Origin: Octopus sinensis
Lineage: Eukaryota
NCBI RefSeq assembly: GCF_006345805.1
Contig: NC_042999.1
Span: forward strand, 149,606,001 to 149,670,000
Direction: 5' to 3'
DNA: 64,000 bases
This document shows positions 25,070-40,245 of the stretch, piece by piece. The notes under the pieces were generated by a model that was not told where the DNA came from, ran no database searches, and worked only from the letters and a program-made list of their open reading frames with translations. Made by a program: the position numbers and the translations under genes. How positions within the stretch are numbered: the first letter of the stretch is position 1; every line of letters begins with the position of its first letter.

Positions 25070-26635
25070 GTAATAACGTTTAACAAATGTGTTAACTTTG
25101 GAGTGGGTAAGTGAAATACATTATTTACGACTTTTAATTAATTTTGAAAATAAGCAAGAATTTGGTGGGATTTAGTAAAATAGAATTGCAATTAGTAATT
25201 TAGTGTTCGAAGCATGAGAAACGTTACCTAGAATTATGTTGAGAGGTTTTAATTTAGATAAGAACATTTCGAAAACACATTTTTGCTCCATTGAAACAGG
25301 AGCAGTTTCATGCGGATTGTTATCAAAAGTATTAATGCAAAATTGTTTTACGTGACTTGCCCAAGGATAAGATGCAATACCATAAGGAAGACGCGCTCAA
25401 GATTTGAACCACACAACAACAATATAAGGTAAATATTTGTGTACTGAAAGTGCTGCTCTATTCTGTCTCCAAATGCTGGAGTCGAGGTTTCAGGTTGTAG
25501 GGCAACTCTGTAGGTGTTTCGTCCCCTTCCTCTGCGACGCTAGAGCTTCCTAGGACCACCCACCGATGTGACAAAACTCCCACACGAGCTCCGTCGAGTC
25601 AAGTGTTGTGACTTTAGACTAGATGCTTCTACCATCTTCAATGCTCGTTCTCGCTGCACCACTGGTCTTCTCTCGAAGACAAACTCATGATCTAAACCCA
25701 CCCAACAATAATTAGATAATTGTTATTTGTACAAGTATGAAAGAGAGGACTAAGAGAGGAGAGAAAATGTTTTAGTTGTAACATTCATATTTTTCAGAAA
25801 GGCATTAGTAGTGTTAGCAAAATGATACTGCTCAAAATCGAGAATCTAAGCCAACTTGTGGACTACGTGCTCGTAATATATTACAACACAAGGCCCTTTC
25901 ATTGTAAAAGGAAACAGTTTTATTTCATCCAAACATGTCATGCTTGTCTTAAACACGATAATAATGCAAGATGCTATGTTTAGATTAACCCTGATCAAGT
26001 AGACTTGTGACAAAAGATTTTTTAGCCATGACTTTCTCATTTTTGTGAGATAATCTAGGAATACATTCTCTATTCTGTTCCTTCTTTGAAGAACGATGGT
26101 GTGTGATTTGAGAAATTTGACGGAGATTTGAGTGCTATTTTTAGCTAGTTGCTTTTTCATGGGCTCCTGACCGCGGGGCTTCGTATGACTTATAGATTTG
26201 TCAATCTAATAAGGGTCAGCCAAGGATTAAATATATAACTCAGAAATCCTCGGTGCAGTCGCTCAAACCTCTCAAAATAGCAGCTAAATTTCCTCATATT
26301 ACATTCTACCGTCTCAAATTTGGAAAGGACGACACTGGACAATGTAGTCATATATATATATGTATATACTGGACTACAAGGTAAAATGGGAGAAAACTGC
26401 CTGGAAGGCAGTGTTTCTTTTACCATGATATAATTTAAAATATCAAATATCAAAAAAAAAAAATACTGCTAGTTTACTAGCTTCGGCCCATATTTTAAGG
26501 GAAACAAGCAGAATTCTCAGAAGCAAAATTGTTAAGATAAATTTAGTTTTAAAATAAGAAAGGCAAGTTTACACATACAATGCAAGCATACGCATGTACA
26601 TACATACATGTGTGTAGACAAATGTGTACTAATCC

Positions 26636-26680
<45 letters not shown>

Positions 26681-27861
26681 CACTTTTTTATAACAAGCAT
26701 ACGATATAAACCATCCATAATTATGTGTGTGCATGCATATTATATATGCATGTGCAAGCATATTGTATATGTGTGTGTGCAAGCATATTATGAGTGCATG
26801 CATATATAATTAGTAGCACGGATACAGATATTCAAAGTCATTTACATTTTGAAATGATACGAGGCCACCACTACACATTTATTCAGATTTTGAGATGACG
26901 AAGAATGTATTCTAAAAAAGCATAAAACTTAGAAAATCAAAAAGTAATCAAACATCTTTTATCAACTAACAGCAGTTGCATCAGTTTGTCTTGGTATTTT
27001 TTTTTCTCTTTTTTTTTTTTTTTAATAGAAAAGAAAATGAAATTTCCATTACATGCCATTAAGAAAAAATTTCCAAAATGTGAATCGACCATGCATAACA
27101 GAATAGAATAGAAATGATGTATAAATTCATCGTTTAAAGCGTGCATAGATTTATATAAAACATTCCTGTAAAATACAATTTACATTCATAAAATATATTC
27201 GCTGTTATACTTCTATGTGCAACCACAGGCACAAGTTGGTATTGTGAGACGTGTGTGTGTGTGTATTCAACCTAACACACCTACTCAATCATAAATATCA
27301 ATAATTTGCATTCATACATTTATTTATTTATTTAGTTAGTTTCCTTTGTTTATTTCTTTGGTGTTTTCTTGTTAGAAGCCATTAGTTTTTGTCAGTGTAA
27401 TTATTAATTTATTGTTAGTATTTACCGCCAAGAATACATCAATCTCATTGGCTAATAATGTGATGACGATAAACCATTCGTTCTGAGTAATGTCAGCTTT
27501 TAGTTTCTTTGTCGCAAGACTTGCGTGCTTCAAATGACTAATAACAAGCAATTTCTTTCTTTGCCACAAGGGAACCGAAAATAAATAAATAAACAAACAA
27601 ACAAACAAATAAAGGATGTTTTAAAAAAGAAACAGGAAAAAGGAGTGCTCAGTGGATTTTTATATGAAATTATGAAAAATATGGTTTTATATAAAAATGT
27701 AAAAGATACTCACGAAAAGAAAAATACATGACCATACAGAGTAGATGGATGCATACCATAATAGGACTGCTCTAAACACAAGACAAATATTTTCTGTCAG
27801 TTCTAGCCTGTAACTTAATAGACTGATAGGACGTTTCGCCCACGTCAAAAATAGCCAGTAT

Positions 27862-27894
<33 letters not shown>

Positions 27895-28959
27895 CAGAAA
27901 CCCCTGCCCAAAAGGAAGGCTCTGCCACCTGACCCTCTTTTTATGTACACTTGAAAGTTGAAAGTTACTTGAAAGTTACGATGCAATAATAGTACTTAAA
28001 GGAGAATAAAGGTGGTCTCACTAGAATGGGAAAGAAGAATAGTCTTTTTTTTTTCTGAGTAGTGGGTGCCGAATAACATTTGCAGTATCAGAAAGTAAGG
28101 GCACTCGAGAGAAAATTGGCTGAGCAGAATGAAAATGCTTTCGGGTCCCGGAAGGTGAAGAGCTTTCTAAAAAATGAAGAAGCAATGAGATTTTAGGAAG
28201 AGGCCGGCAAATAGTTACAGGGTTCTGCGAGCCCCGGTTGAGCTAACCCTGTTATAAACCCTCGTCAAAGGCTCATAGCCAGGACAAGGGATGAGTATAA
28301 TACATAACTGATACTCAGTTTAGCAGTCACAGAGGAAATAGTAGCAAAGCCCACCCAGGCAAAATCTGAAGTCAGATGGTACGTCCCTTATTTTGACCCT
28401 TAACTATCGTTGCCTGCCTCATCACCACCCTTTATCTAAGTGATTATTTCTAAACTAAGCAGTTAATTAGCTCAGAATAATCGACTTAAATCCGGATGCT
28501 TGACGGCTATTTAATGTATCAAGTAGGAAGTAGGTGATGTTAGGGTAAGCTGAAAACAAAGCTAGTGGGAATCACTAAGCATAGCTGGAGTGTGTGCCGC
28601 CTGGGGCGTCCCTTCCGTTTGTCGACCCAGACCTCACAAAAAACATTGCCTAGAGCAGACCCAAAAGTGCCACCCGGGGCTCACCGCCCCTAATGCCCCC
28701 CTACCTATGCTAATAGTGGGATTTGAATTTGGAACGTAAAGTGGTATAACTAAATTCTGCAACAATATTTTGTCCGGAGCTGGATCGCCGTTTCGGCCGC
28801 AAATGAAAAATAATTTCTAAAACCAGTTTTTAAAACATAAATAGTGATTTTTAACAATCGAAATTAACTTCTTTTTAATATAATTCAGTAGCTTATATTG
28901 TGCAGTATATAGCTAGTAAAGTTATCTTCTTGAATGTTTAATTTTTCAACAATAATAAT

Positions 28960-29590
28960 TCTTTCTACTATAGGCGAAAGGTAAAAAAGTTTGAGGGAGA
29001 GGGGTAGTCGATTATATCGATCTTGGCACTTATTTTATCAACCTGAAAGAATGAAAGGCAAAATAGACCTAAGACATTTGAACGCAGAACGTAAAGCCGG
29101 AAGAAATAATAATGATTTGAAATTTTGGCTCAAGGCCAGCAATTTCGGGAGATGGAGAAAGTTGATTACATTAACCCCAGTAATTAACTGGTACTTAATT
29201 TATCGACCCCGAAAAGATCAAAGGCAACGTCGACCTCGGCGGAATTTGAACTCAGAACGTAAAGACGGACGAAATAGTAATAATCTTTTCTGCTTTAGGC
29301 ACAAAGCCCGAAATTTTGGGGGCGTGCAGTCGATTATAGCGACCTCAGTACGCAACTGGTACTTAATTTATCGACCCCGAAAGGATGAAAGGCAAAGTCG
29401 ACCTCGGCGTAATTTGAACTCAAAACGTAAATAGACAAAATAGTAATAATAATCCTTTTCTACTATAGACACAAGGTCTGAAATTTTGAGGGAGGGGACT
29501 AGTCGATGATATTGACCCCGAAAGGATGAAAGGCAAAGACGACCGAGATGGAATTTGAACTCAGAACTTGAAGAGCCAGAACAAAATGAT
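28960..29590 (-). mobile_element. Four tandem SINE family A units
   Basis: Four recurrences of GAAAGGCAA...GAC...ATTTGAAC.CA.AAC separated by AAT-rich tails; source of ORF 28991-29434. Confidence 0.9.
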
Positions 29591-32500
29591 GCAATTTTCT
29601 TTGTTCGTTTTGACGTTCCCACGATTGTCAGCGTAAAAGTATTCATAGCTCTTTTTACATAGTTTATAAATGAATGACTACGAAATAATATTCACGAAGT
29701 ACAGGAGTGACCCCTCAAGGGAGTAATGAATATTAAAATCCCAATTAACCTAATTCACAAGCAGGAATTAATTGCCTTACGAAGCTAGTTTACTTCCCTT
29801 CTGTTACTTATGTCTTTGAGATAGGAATGACGATCACACAATCCCATTTCCTTTCGCGATAAATTTTTATGCACGTTTAAAGCAATGCATAGATTTATAA
29901 TATGCCTGTCGAATAAACATTGACCGGAAACTTTAAAGTGATTAAACACAGAAAAACCGGACAAAAAAAAAAATAAGTGGAACCAACAATAAAGCCTCTC
30001 GTGGCTGCACAACCTGCTAAAAATGACAGCCAGATCTCCTTCAAACCACATCTAACCGCCTGAACAAAGAACGCTTTGGATAATGCAGTCCGGAGAAGAC
30101 TAGACATCAAAAATGAAAAAAGGGGTAGATGGTCACGCCTATAATTTTTTTTTTAATCATAGGCCTATTCGATCAGGACTGAATTGGGGTTAAAAAATAA
30201 AGGAACGGATTAAATTTTATCTCATCGTTCCCGAAACCGAGAGCAAATCTCACAAACAGCAGGGCCTTTTTTTTTTGTCTCCGATATCGCTACTCCAAGA
30301 GAAAATTGACAATATGTCAAGTAAAGAATGTCTATTACAAGAAAAGAATATATGTATAATTAAGAAATATGGTAAAATAGTCACACGCTAAATACTTTTA
30401 TGTACTGGATCTTTGAAGAGGCTGTCCTACCACATCTCGGAGGTCCTTTCTCTTCCAAATTTATCCCGGTTTTAGCTGATGCTACAGAAAGTAAACATGT
30501 TACACAATTGCATGAAATAACAAACACACAGGTATATAGGTGTCTGTGTTTTGTATATGTAATATATTATCCATAAACTATCCATATTATGTCAGTAATT
30601 ACACACACACACACACACGGCCTAGCTTGTCAGGTCTCATTATGCATCATTGTACTTAATGACAGCCAATGATGAATTGTGACAACTACAACTAGAGCAT
30701 TACCCCACATTGCACCTCTTGACATCTGAACCGAAACCTGACAAAAGAACAGGTGTCACTGAAAGAGGAGGGCCTTATTAAATACATACACTCACAATGC
30801 CGTATGTTATTTATTTAACCGCCACACCAAACCAAACCAAACTGGAGAGAAATTGCTTTTTAGTAATTATTTTATGAAAGAAAAAATTCTATTTGAATGG
30901 GGCCTAATTTGTCATAAATACAACATTAATTATCAACGCAAAATTATGTTTTTCTGTGCGCAATGAAGTCTGTAATATAAAGTATGCGGCAGAGAAACCT
31001 CCCATATTTTACACGACCCTTAACGTGGCACTAATAAAATTAAGAAAGTAGGAACGGTATCTTCATGCTGCTAATATCTTGCTGTTTTACTTCAGTTACC
31101 ATTATTGTTCGGAGCTGTGCATATTGTGCATTTATTGTTGAAAAGTTAGTCAACCTGTAAAATGCGGGGAGGATTTTTTAAAATTTTATTTTTGTTGCGG
31201 GTTGAGATCCCAAAGGAAATCTTTAATCCCTGCTGATTAATTGGATACGGAAAAAGATTTAACTGGCTTATTTGAAGTAAAAAAATAAGGGGTATATTTC
31301 AAGTTAAGAGCTTCATACATCATGGGAAAGAAAAGGGGTATTTATTATTTTTTTTCCCTAATGTTTTCAATATTTCTGTTTCATACAACGGACATTTTTC
31401 AGAACTTTGCAGCGAGACAATGGGGCTCTTAATCCGAAACATCGATAGAATATAAATGTTGTCAAATCCAGATCTTACGCAAGGGTATTTGCAACAAGAA
31501 GGCAGTCAAATCGAAATCTTGGAATTGAGAATGAATGCATAACTGCATTCATTTGAAAACACCAATTACAATTAAGAAACTGGATTAAAGTGGATAACCA
31601 AACAGACATGTAGCCAAATGAATGCAATCATTCGCCAAACGAATTCCATCTCGCTAGTGTTGTTGTTGCGCCCTAGGTCAACCCTGGTTCGCAGAACCTA
31701 TTATAAACGTTGGCGCAACAGGGAACATCACATACTTTTCTTTTCATTTTTTTTTCAAAGCAACCTTTAGGTTAAAAGGGTATTTTAAGAGAAATTTAGC
31801 TGCTATTTTACCAAATTGTACAACCAGTTTAGGGGTTTCCTCGTTGGCTCGATCCTGTTAGTTTTCACTAGGAAGAAGATCTCAGATTTCGAGTATATTC
31901 GAAAGCCTTAACATCAAGCCTAACTATAAAATAAAAAAGGTTAGCCTTTACTCTCAAGCATGTATGAACTGGGGGATTGTGCCATACTTTCGCTAATTGT
32001 TTTAGGTGCCCGTATAGTTGCGCGTAGACATAGACACCCTCTTGGCTTCCTCACTTGACCCGGCGAAATATAGAGGATGCAGTAGTTGAAGGGAGAGAAG
32101 ACTGCACCAACAGTCGGCTGGTAGTCGTTTTCGGCTGAATAGGTTGAAACAACGTGAAATGATGCGCCTTGCTCAAAGGCACACGGTAACAGCCTGGCTC
32201 GGAAATCAAACCCACGACCCAGCACTCTGATCATTAGACCACCTATCATTTCATGATGGTCGCTATTAATTGCAATCACATACCAATGTCCACTATCATA
32301 AAATGAAGCACCAAAGTGTAATAGTGATACAACGTATAGCTCCCTTCAGAGGCCCCTCTAGTGTCACCTTACACTGTATTATTGATGTAGGGTGAAATAC
32401 AGAAATATTTAAGAAAACTACCTCTGAGTTATGGGACTTCGAAGGCAGTTATTCAAAATTCTGCCAAGATATTTTCGTAAAACAAGCCACAAAGGACAAG

Positions 32501-33669
32501 TGTTGCTAAATGAATCTACCTCAGTACATTACTGGTACTCTCATTTTTCTGGCAAGGCAAGAAACAGAGTTGTTAGATTATCGGACAAAATACGCTGCAG
32601 TACTGGTTTCGGATTTCTGTGCTCCGAGTTCAAACCCCATACATTACTTCGCATTTTTTTCCCGAAGTTTATAAAGTATTACTCAAAAACTGGGATAAAA
32701 TTCTTTCCAACGAACTCTTTTTTTTTTCTCAGTACCGACTATGTTCAAGAAAGGAGCACTCCCACCAATATCCACACAAATCCTTTATCAAGCCCACAAT
32801 CATTTTGCGAACTTGATAAGAAAAAATGAATTTTAATGGCTACAAAGAGATGACAAGTAAACTTAGGTAATATTTGAACCTGTATTGCAAGAATGCAGGT
32901 ATTGAACACTTGATGTATTCCGTCCGGTGCATTACCATTTCTGCCACTCGACCACCTTAATGTACAACGACTCATAGCGGCAACAGTAGCCGAACTAGTA
33001 GCGCTAGCATGGACAGATAGAGCAGAAGTAGTAGTAACGATGATAGTAGTAGTAGCGATAGTAGAAGTAGCAGTAGTAATAGTGGTTGTGGTAGTAGCAG
33101 TAGTAGAATATCATCTGTTCATTTGTCCAACAACAAAGTCAATGGGCACACACACACACACTGGAGTGAGTTCAGTCACATAATTTGGTGACAGTGGGAC
33201 AAAGAGAACTATAATTGTTCCATATCCCGCTGTTGTTGTGATTGGTGTTCGTAAGTTTACCATTTGCCATCACACTGAATAGTTTGCAATTAAATGATTT
33301 ATGAATTAAAGTTTACATCAGGACCGATGACATCTGGTTTCCATTGCTTCAAAGACTAATAAAGATATATATATATTTGCGTAAAAATCAATCAATCACG
33401 CACACACATATACGCACAGATACAAATGGCTGAGATATTAAACTATTGGCTTAGAAGTTAGGGATATATGTTTTACTGTATCTGGGGTTAAAGACATTTG
33501 ATTCTTCAGTTACCATTAATGATTAAACCCGAGTCAATCTGGTTGAAGAAATTCTGGATCAAACCTGTTTTAGCCGAAACCCTTCAGTTTCCAGTCAGCA
33601 GAGGACCAAGTGGAGGCAGTCGGTCTTCAGATCGAATCAAGGGAACCACCACTCACTACTCCTAATTGG

Positions 33670-34150
33670 TTTCAAAATTGGCACAGGGCCTGCAATTTCA
33701 GGGGAGCGACTAAGTCGATTATATCGACTCCTGTGCGAAATTGGTACTTAATTTAATCGACCCCCGAAATGATGAAAAGCAAAGTTGACCTCGGCAGCAA
33801 TTTGAACTCAGAACGTAAAGACGAACAAAATGCCGCCAAGCGTTTTGCCCGGCGCCCTAACGATTCTACCGGCTCGCTGTTTTATTCCCTACTCCGAATT
33901 GCTAATGCCATTTTTTGGTCGCACCCCAGACAGAAGTGTCACTGCTTTTCAGTGAAAGGGTGATATTTGAACTCAGAAACCATAAAGCCGGAACAAATGT
34001 CGCCAAGCATCCTAATCCACTACCATAGACGAATACTTGTTTTTTTTTTATCAACCCCGAAAAAGTTGACCTGGGCTGAATTTCAATTCAAAGCAATGTC
34101 GTGGGACAGTGTATCCAGCACCAACGTCTCTGCCAATTCACCGCCTTTAA
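33670..34150 (-). mobile_element. Diverged SINE family A copies
   Basis: AAAGTTGACCTCGGC...TTTGAACTCAGAAC cores. Confidence 0.75.
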
Positions 34151-34954
34151 AATTTAACTAGGACGACATCCAATGTGTTCTTCCTACTTCGTAATCTGAT
34201 AGCAAACTAAAATTTAAATTTGCCTGTTAATTCTAGCAGGTTGAGCAACCGGATAGAGATCTCTCCCCCATTGGCTCGTTTATTTCTAAATCTCCTACTA
34301 AACAATCACTAAGTTATGGGTATCCCAGTGCAGAGAACCTAGAAATTCTAATTAAAAATTACATCCGAAGTGAGGAGAGAGAAAAAATATCTGAAGTATT
34401 ATTTCTGGTCAAGGGCGACAACTCCATTTAAAAGAAATTGGACGTCGTGCAAATCTGATTCTTGGCAATGTGGTGACAGCTCCGAGTAAGTTTCATTAAA
34501 CCTCATCAGTAAAGCATAATTTTCTGGGGTATTTAAAAGTGATTGTTTAACCCCATCTCAATCGAAGGCAGTGGACGTTAGCGCGTCAGATCGAATGCCT
34601 TGTATCTATTTCAGCACTATGCATTCTGAGTTCAAATCTCGCCCGGTTACCGAAAAACGGTGATACTTCCGTCAGAAATTGCGATCAACAGATAGCATCA
34701 ATGAAAAACACTTTCCTTTGTTCGACTGGCAGATCTACCACCACGACCACCATCATCCCCACATATCCTTGATCGAGCAGACTTATAATCAAAAGATAAA
34801 CAAACCTTGACCATCCTGGGGTGGGGTTTCCAGCAAAAGCGTACCCCAAACTATTATCCCTTTGGTTTAGACAATAGTGTGGCCTGACATGCTGCTATTT
34901 CTAGCAGATTTAGCGATCATATAGAAATTCCATCGTTGTCTCTTATGCTTAACG

Positions 34955-35050
34955 GTTACAGACCGGCTATTTACACTTTAGTGCAGTTTAACCATAACCC
35001 AGATCAGGACATTTCGCAGTGGATACTGCGGTAGACCGCACGCTAAAGTA
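34955..35050 (-). mobile_element. Short dispersed repeat; second copy at about 50203-50322 on the plus strand
   Basis: Both copies share ACTTTA..GTGCGGTCTACC.CAGT ... GGGGTTA ... CACTAAAGTGTAAAT.GCC. Confidence 0.65.
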
Positions 35051-35345
35051 AAACTGGTAAAAAAAATTACATCATAAACTGAAATAAAAATAAATTAAAA
35101 AACTACAGAACCTGGAATGAAGTATTGTCCCTCAGTGTGAAAGATTCGTGAGAGTGAAATCAGCTCAAAAACTTATACAAGGCAATTCCTACAGAATATA
35201 AATTATTGGTTTCTTAAGTTTTGTGTTAGTGGAGGTTTCTATATTTTAAGAGAAAAGAAATGAAAAATTGTGATATCCACGAATTTCCTTAGGGTATTGG
35301 TAATAAAACTGAGGCGGAGTAGCTTCAATCGGGAATTAAATTGTT

Positions 35346-35447
35346 GGGCGGCTAATCTCTCCTAAAATGGGCGCTCGCCGGGCGGCAAACCTCGCCCAAA
35401 TCGAACGCACGCCGGGCAGTAAACCCCGCCCAAATTGAACGCAAGCA
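35346..35447. repeat. GC-rich 34-bp tandem repeat, 3 diverged copies
   Basis: GGGCGGCAAACCTCGCCCAAATCGAACGCACGCC-like units at 35346, 35380 and 35414. Confidence 0.8.
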
Positions 35448-37074
35448 ATCGAAGTTTTCTATATATTGATTTCTTTCGATTATGCTTTGGTCGGCAGCAG
35501 AGAAAAGCAGAATAGTGATTAGATCTTAGGAACAAAAGGTAAGAAAATATTGTCGTTTGAATCGTTTAAATACTGTTATTTTTATCGTCTACAAAGGAAG
35601 AAAAATGAATAAGAAAGAATCGGTTCCAGCAAGGCTTGAACACAATGAGGTACCTCACTTGATCAGATCCCCTAAAGCAGCAAGTCTGTTTTTGACATGG
35701 CCATACCCGCTGTATGGGGGCACAGGCATAGCTTAGTGAAGGTTACTTTAGAATCACAAAATCTCAGCTTCGATCCAAGAGCGTGCAGTCTTTATCCCTC
35801 GGATCCACTCATGCCTTGTGAAAGAGCAATTGGATGGGCGGAAACTATGTAGAAGCCCGTTAGATGGATTGTACCGGTATAGGAAAGGTCCAGTCTCGTT
35901 ATATATTGTGTCAGGCCGATTCGTGCTAGAAAATACATTAAAGGTACACATTTTTGTCGGATAAAATCCTTTCTTTTCGTCTAAATTTCTCCTTCATTAT
36001 AGTCCTTTGCACTAAGTGGCATCTGGCTTTGTTTGGGACTTTCTTAGATTAAAGAAAAAGAATCAGTTTCGTATTCGATCATTTAACATGTACGTCGTTG
36101 AAATAACTTATCGAACAACTGAAAGCTCATCGTCGAAATTGAAGGAGGACCTTTATTCTATTGCGTTTTCTTCGCACCGTTTAACAACGATTGGATTGCA
36201 AATTTTGATCAATGAAAAGATAGAACAATTGTTACGACCTGATTTGAAAACACGTGAAAGGGAACCGACATCGGCACTCAATAACGATTAACATAAACAC
36301 GATAGACTGAAAACCAAGTAAACGTGACCCTGCACCAGCTGTTCGCTAACTGAATACAACAAGGAATTTATCAATCAGCTTTTGTTTGAAGTTAACATAT
36401 ATTTATATCAGTGAATGATAAGCTTCAAGTTGGTTTTTACGTATGTTTAAGCAATTTAAGTTTAAAATTGGTTTGAAAGAAAATTCTTTCAGAATGGAAT
36501 GAAATTTACGATAGAAAATTAAGATTAAATCTTTTGAAGATGTTGTAATGTAAAGAAGGAAGTCGGTAAGAGAGAGAAAGAATGAGAGAAAGAAAGGAAG
36601 GAGAGAATGAGAAACAAGAGAAAGTAAGTAAACGAAAAAAATGAAAGACAAAGAAAGAAAAAAGTAACAAAGAGAGAAAAATAAAGACCAAGAGAAAGAA
36701 ACAAAGAAAAAGAATATATATGTATGTGTGTGTGTAAAATAATTGGGTAAAAACGCCTTAACTTCAGTTAATCCCTTTCTACTTCGAGTACTAATTAATA
36801 TCAGTAGAATCCATTTCGAGGGATGGCATTCATATTCCACAGAACCTGGCGTTGTGCTTTTTCAAAAGATGAAGACCAGTAATTCTTATTCCTTAACGAT
36901 CAATAAAGTAAATAAGATTTCTTACTAAAAAGTTGATGGGGGGGGTTCTGTAGCCCCTGGTCAACTTCGACAGGACAAACCTATGATGAAATGGCATCTA
37001 GCTAAGACTGTACCTTCAAAAAAAAAAAAAAAATTGGCGGTATCTAATCTTGAATTAGTCAATATACTCTTAAG

Positions 37075-37660
37075 GGGCGGCGAGCTGGCAGAATTGTTAG
37101 CACGCCTGGCGAAATGCCTAGTGGTATTTCGTCTGTCTTTACGTTCTGAGTTCAAATTCCGCCGGGGTCGATTAAATAAGTACCAGTTACGCACTGGGGC
37201 CGATGTAATCGACTTCATCCCTTTGTCTGTCCTTGTTTGTCCCCTCTATGTTTAGCCCCCCCCCCTGCTGTGGGCAATTAAAGAAATAAAAATACTCTTG
37301 CTTAAAACTCGAGTTCCATTTGAGGGGGACTTAGCTACTGCATCGAGTCAGTCGTCGAGCAAGACTCTCCAATACATACAGGCTAAAAGATATGATTCGG
37401 GTACTTTAAATACCCATTAAATAGGGACGTTATTAGGTTTCGGTAATTATAAAGGTGAAAGTGGCGAGCTGGCAGAATCGTTAGCTCGTTGGGCAAAATG
37501 CTTAGCGGCATTTCTTCGAGCGCTTTATGCTCTCAGTTCAAATACTACCGTTCTTCCATTCGGGATCGATAAACGAAAGTACCAATCAAATACTGGAAAC
37601 GATGTAATCGACTAACACCCTCCTCACCACTAGTTACTGGTCTTGTATCGAAATTTGAAG
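37075..37660 (+). mobile_element. Two SINE family A monomers (about 37075-37290 and 37462-37660)
   Basis: GGCGAGCTGGCAGAA heads; the first has an internal deletion and flanking ATACTCTT repeats. Confidence 0.85.
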
Positions 37661-38104
37661 CCATAAATCTAAGGACAGTATGTTTCAGCTTTAACTTCCA
37701 TCTCTCCAGAATGGGGCCTCCATCATTTGAGTGCCACTCGACAAGTAATCCCCTTTTCCGATAAATGTCTGGCCCTCTGCCTATTCAAAGCACGAATAAC
37801 TAACTTTTAGATAACAAATGTGAAGTCAACAAAGGATCAAGGGACCTGCTAGAAATAGGAGTCAAATCTCATTTAAATCACATCCTACACTCTGATAGAA
37901 AAAAAAGTTTAAGACGGGATGGTCGCAGTTAGAACGACTGGTTAAGTTTGTTTGATAAGGATTGACAAAGGAATGAATAAACAACAGGAGTAAGCACAAA
38001 GCTAAAGATATTTAGTAGAAGAAATGTGATTATATGGCCTTCATCCCTTTTCGAGTCTTATGATGTTATCGGAGATTGAAACTTGGATCGACTTTATTGA
38101 TGTT

Positions 38105-38330
38105 GCTTGTCTGTTCTCAAGTCAGCCCACATCGGGTAGACCTATGGTCATAAGGCGTTCTATTCGTGACCGTCTTGTTTGTTTATATATAATTAACTAT
38201 ATTGACTATATAGTCATTATATATCAACAACTATGAATAGTCTTTCTTAAGACATTAAAATGAAACTTGAGGGAGATTTAGCTGCTATTTCTAGCATGTT
38301 GAGTAACTCAGTAGCAGCTCTTTCGGCCGG
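38105..38330. mobile_element. Old dispersed repeat family E (representative copy)
   Basis: TTGAGGGAGATTTRGCTGCTATTTCTAGCA.GT.GAG motif recurs near 4400, 4550, 6505, 11310, 12400, 26100, 30010(-), 31790, 34890, 37850(-), 51980 and 63105, often preceded by CAGACCTATGATCAAAGGC-like sequence. Confidence 0.7.
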
Positions 38331-38758
38331 TGTTGAATGGACTCGAATTTAATCGTTTTACCAAACATCGGACGGAGTTTTGGAATAACTGTCCTTCGAA
38401 GTCCCATACCTCGTGAAGAAAGGAAATGGTAAGGATGGGATGGGGAGCAACAATGTAAAAACAAACAAATAAATTAATTAATTAACGAAATTTTGGGTAA
38501 AAATATTTACCAGAATCGTAACTGCCGTTGAAACACAGGAATATAAAAAGAAAATCTGAAGAAAAAAACTACTTTTTCCCTTTCCCAAAAGGCACGGGAC
38601 TTCGAGTTTATTCCAAAGATCCGTCAAACTGTGGATATCAGAAAATAGAACCTTTTAAATCTACCTGGACGTTTTTAATGTTCTTCAGAGTACTTTTATA
38701 ATGTGTATATATTTTAAAATGTTAGATTTATAACTATTACGCAAGACGATTCGCTGAT

Positions 38759-38818
<60 letters not shown>

Positions 38819-39411
38819 CACATACACATATTGAGGAGTCGTCAAATTGTTTCCCTCGTTCACAGCATTGTTTGAAAAGAAAAAAAAAAGGGCTTGGCGA
38901 AGTTGGCGGTGGGGGGTAGAGCAGATGTTTCCCCCTCCCTTCCCTTCCACCCCGATCTTTATCTTTCAGTATAACTCCCACACGTATTCGTTGTGTAGTT
39001 GTTACACAAAACACACCCATTTAACACCCACATAAATATTTGAGGTAAAGTTCAAATACTGCTCCGCTATCAATAACACACTACTTTACTTCTCTAGATA
39101 CGCGCTAAGTCACCCTGCTCGCCCACATAATTCAAACATTCACTCACACACACACACACACACACACAAAAGCAAATACCATTATACGAAATCTAATCGG
39201 ATATCACAAGTTAAATGTTGACAATAACTCTGGTGAATATCTTGTAACGAAGCCGTATTCTTCTTTTACAATAAGCAGGATCGAATCATGTGATGTTCTA
39301 ATGGGAGACGAGAGTTGCATCAGAATTTCTGCTACTAATGACAACCAAATGGTTGGTTCTTCACTTAAAAAGCGATCCCCCACTACATATACGTTAATAA
39401 TATAAACAGAA

Positions 39412-39448
<37 letters not shown>

Positions 39449-40208
39449 TGTAAATATCAAATTATTTAAAATTGTGCCTGTGAAAATATATGTGAAATTA
39501 AATAAGAGTTTCTTTGAATTTGTTTTCCAAAGCATGTGCCGACAATCGCAACTGATTCCGTACGTTTTATGAGATTAGAAATAAACTTAAGTGCTTTATC
39601 TTCCAGACGATATTTTGGATTGTTGATTGTCAGAACTCTGAATACCAGCTTCCAATCGTTTCTAAGTTAGAGGGGATTTTTTCTTCTAATATTTAAGGAA
39701 TTTATTGATAGTAGCAAACTGTATTTTAATTAAGTTCTATATCTTAACGGTACTCCAAGATATAATTCTAAAAAGCTTTCCCTAACAGTCCAAAATAACA
39801 ATTAAACTTCCTTTTAAATAGCCAATAGTATTATATATTTATCAATCAAAAGATGAGCAAAAAACGGCACTTTAATCTGCTGCTTATATCAGCTGTAGAT
39901 TTTTAAAACGAGCGATGAATCTATAGGTTTTACGAAATTACATTCAAAACGGTAAAACACATGTGTTCGGTTATTTTACACACTTTCGTTCTTTTCTAAG
40001 CTACTAAAAATATTCAGATATTTTTTAGAACACGTGTAGTATCAAATTTGTTACAAATACACACTTAGTTCTCACCAATTTTTTTTTTTGCTTTCTTTTG
40101 AAGACAACTAAAACTTAAACAACGGACGAAAGCATTTAAAATAAATTTAACGTAACGGTGTGGAGTGAACCCTACTAACGATAATAAACGAACTGGAAAG
40201 ATTCCTAC

Positions 40209-40245
40209 CTGCATTTTTCTTATATAATCACATTATGTAACAATT
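40209..40245 (-). other. Putative 37-nt exon ending ATGCAG
   Basis: Acceptor TTGACTCTATCTAG after a pyrimidine-rich stretch; donor CAG|GTAGGA; stops in all frames. Confidence 0.3.

Noticed and set aside
34478-34516. CUGAUGA...GAAAC on the minus strand
   Set aside because: Stems II and III cannot form convincingly; probably chance.
36016-36291. 91-aa ORF in unique sequence
   Set aside because: Starts at GTG, no recognisable motif or supporting splice structure.
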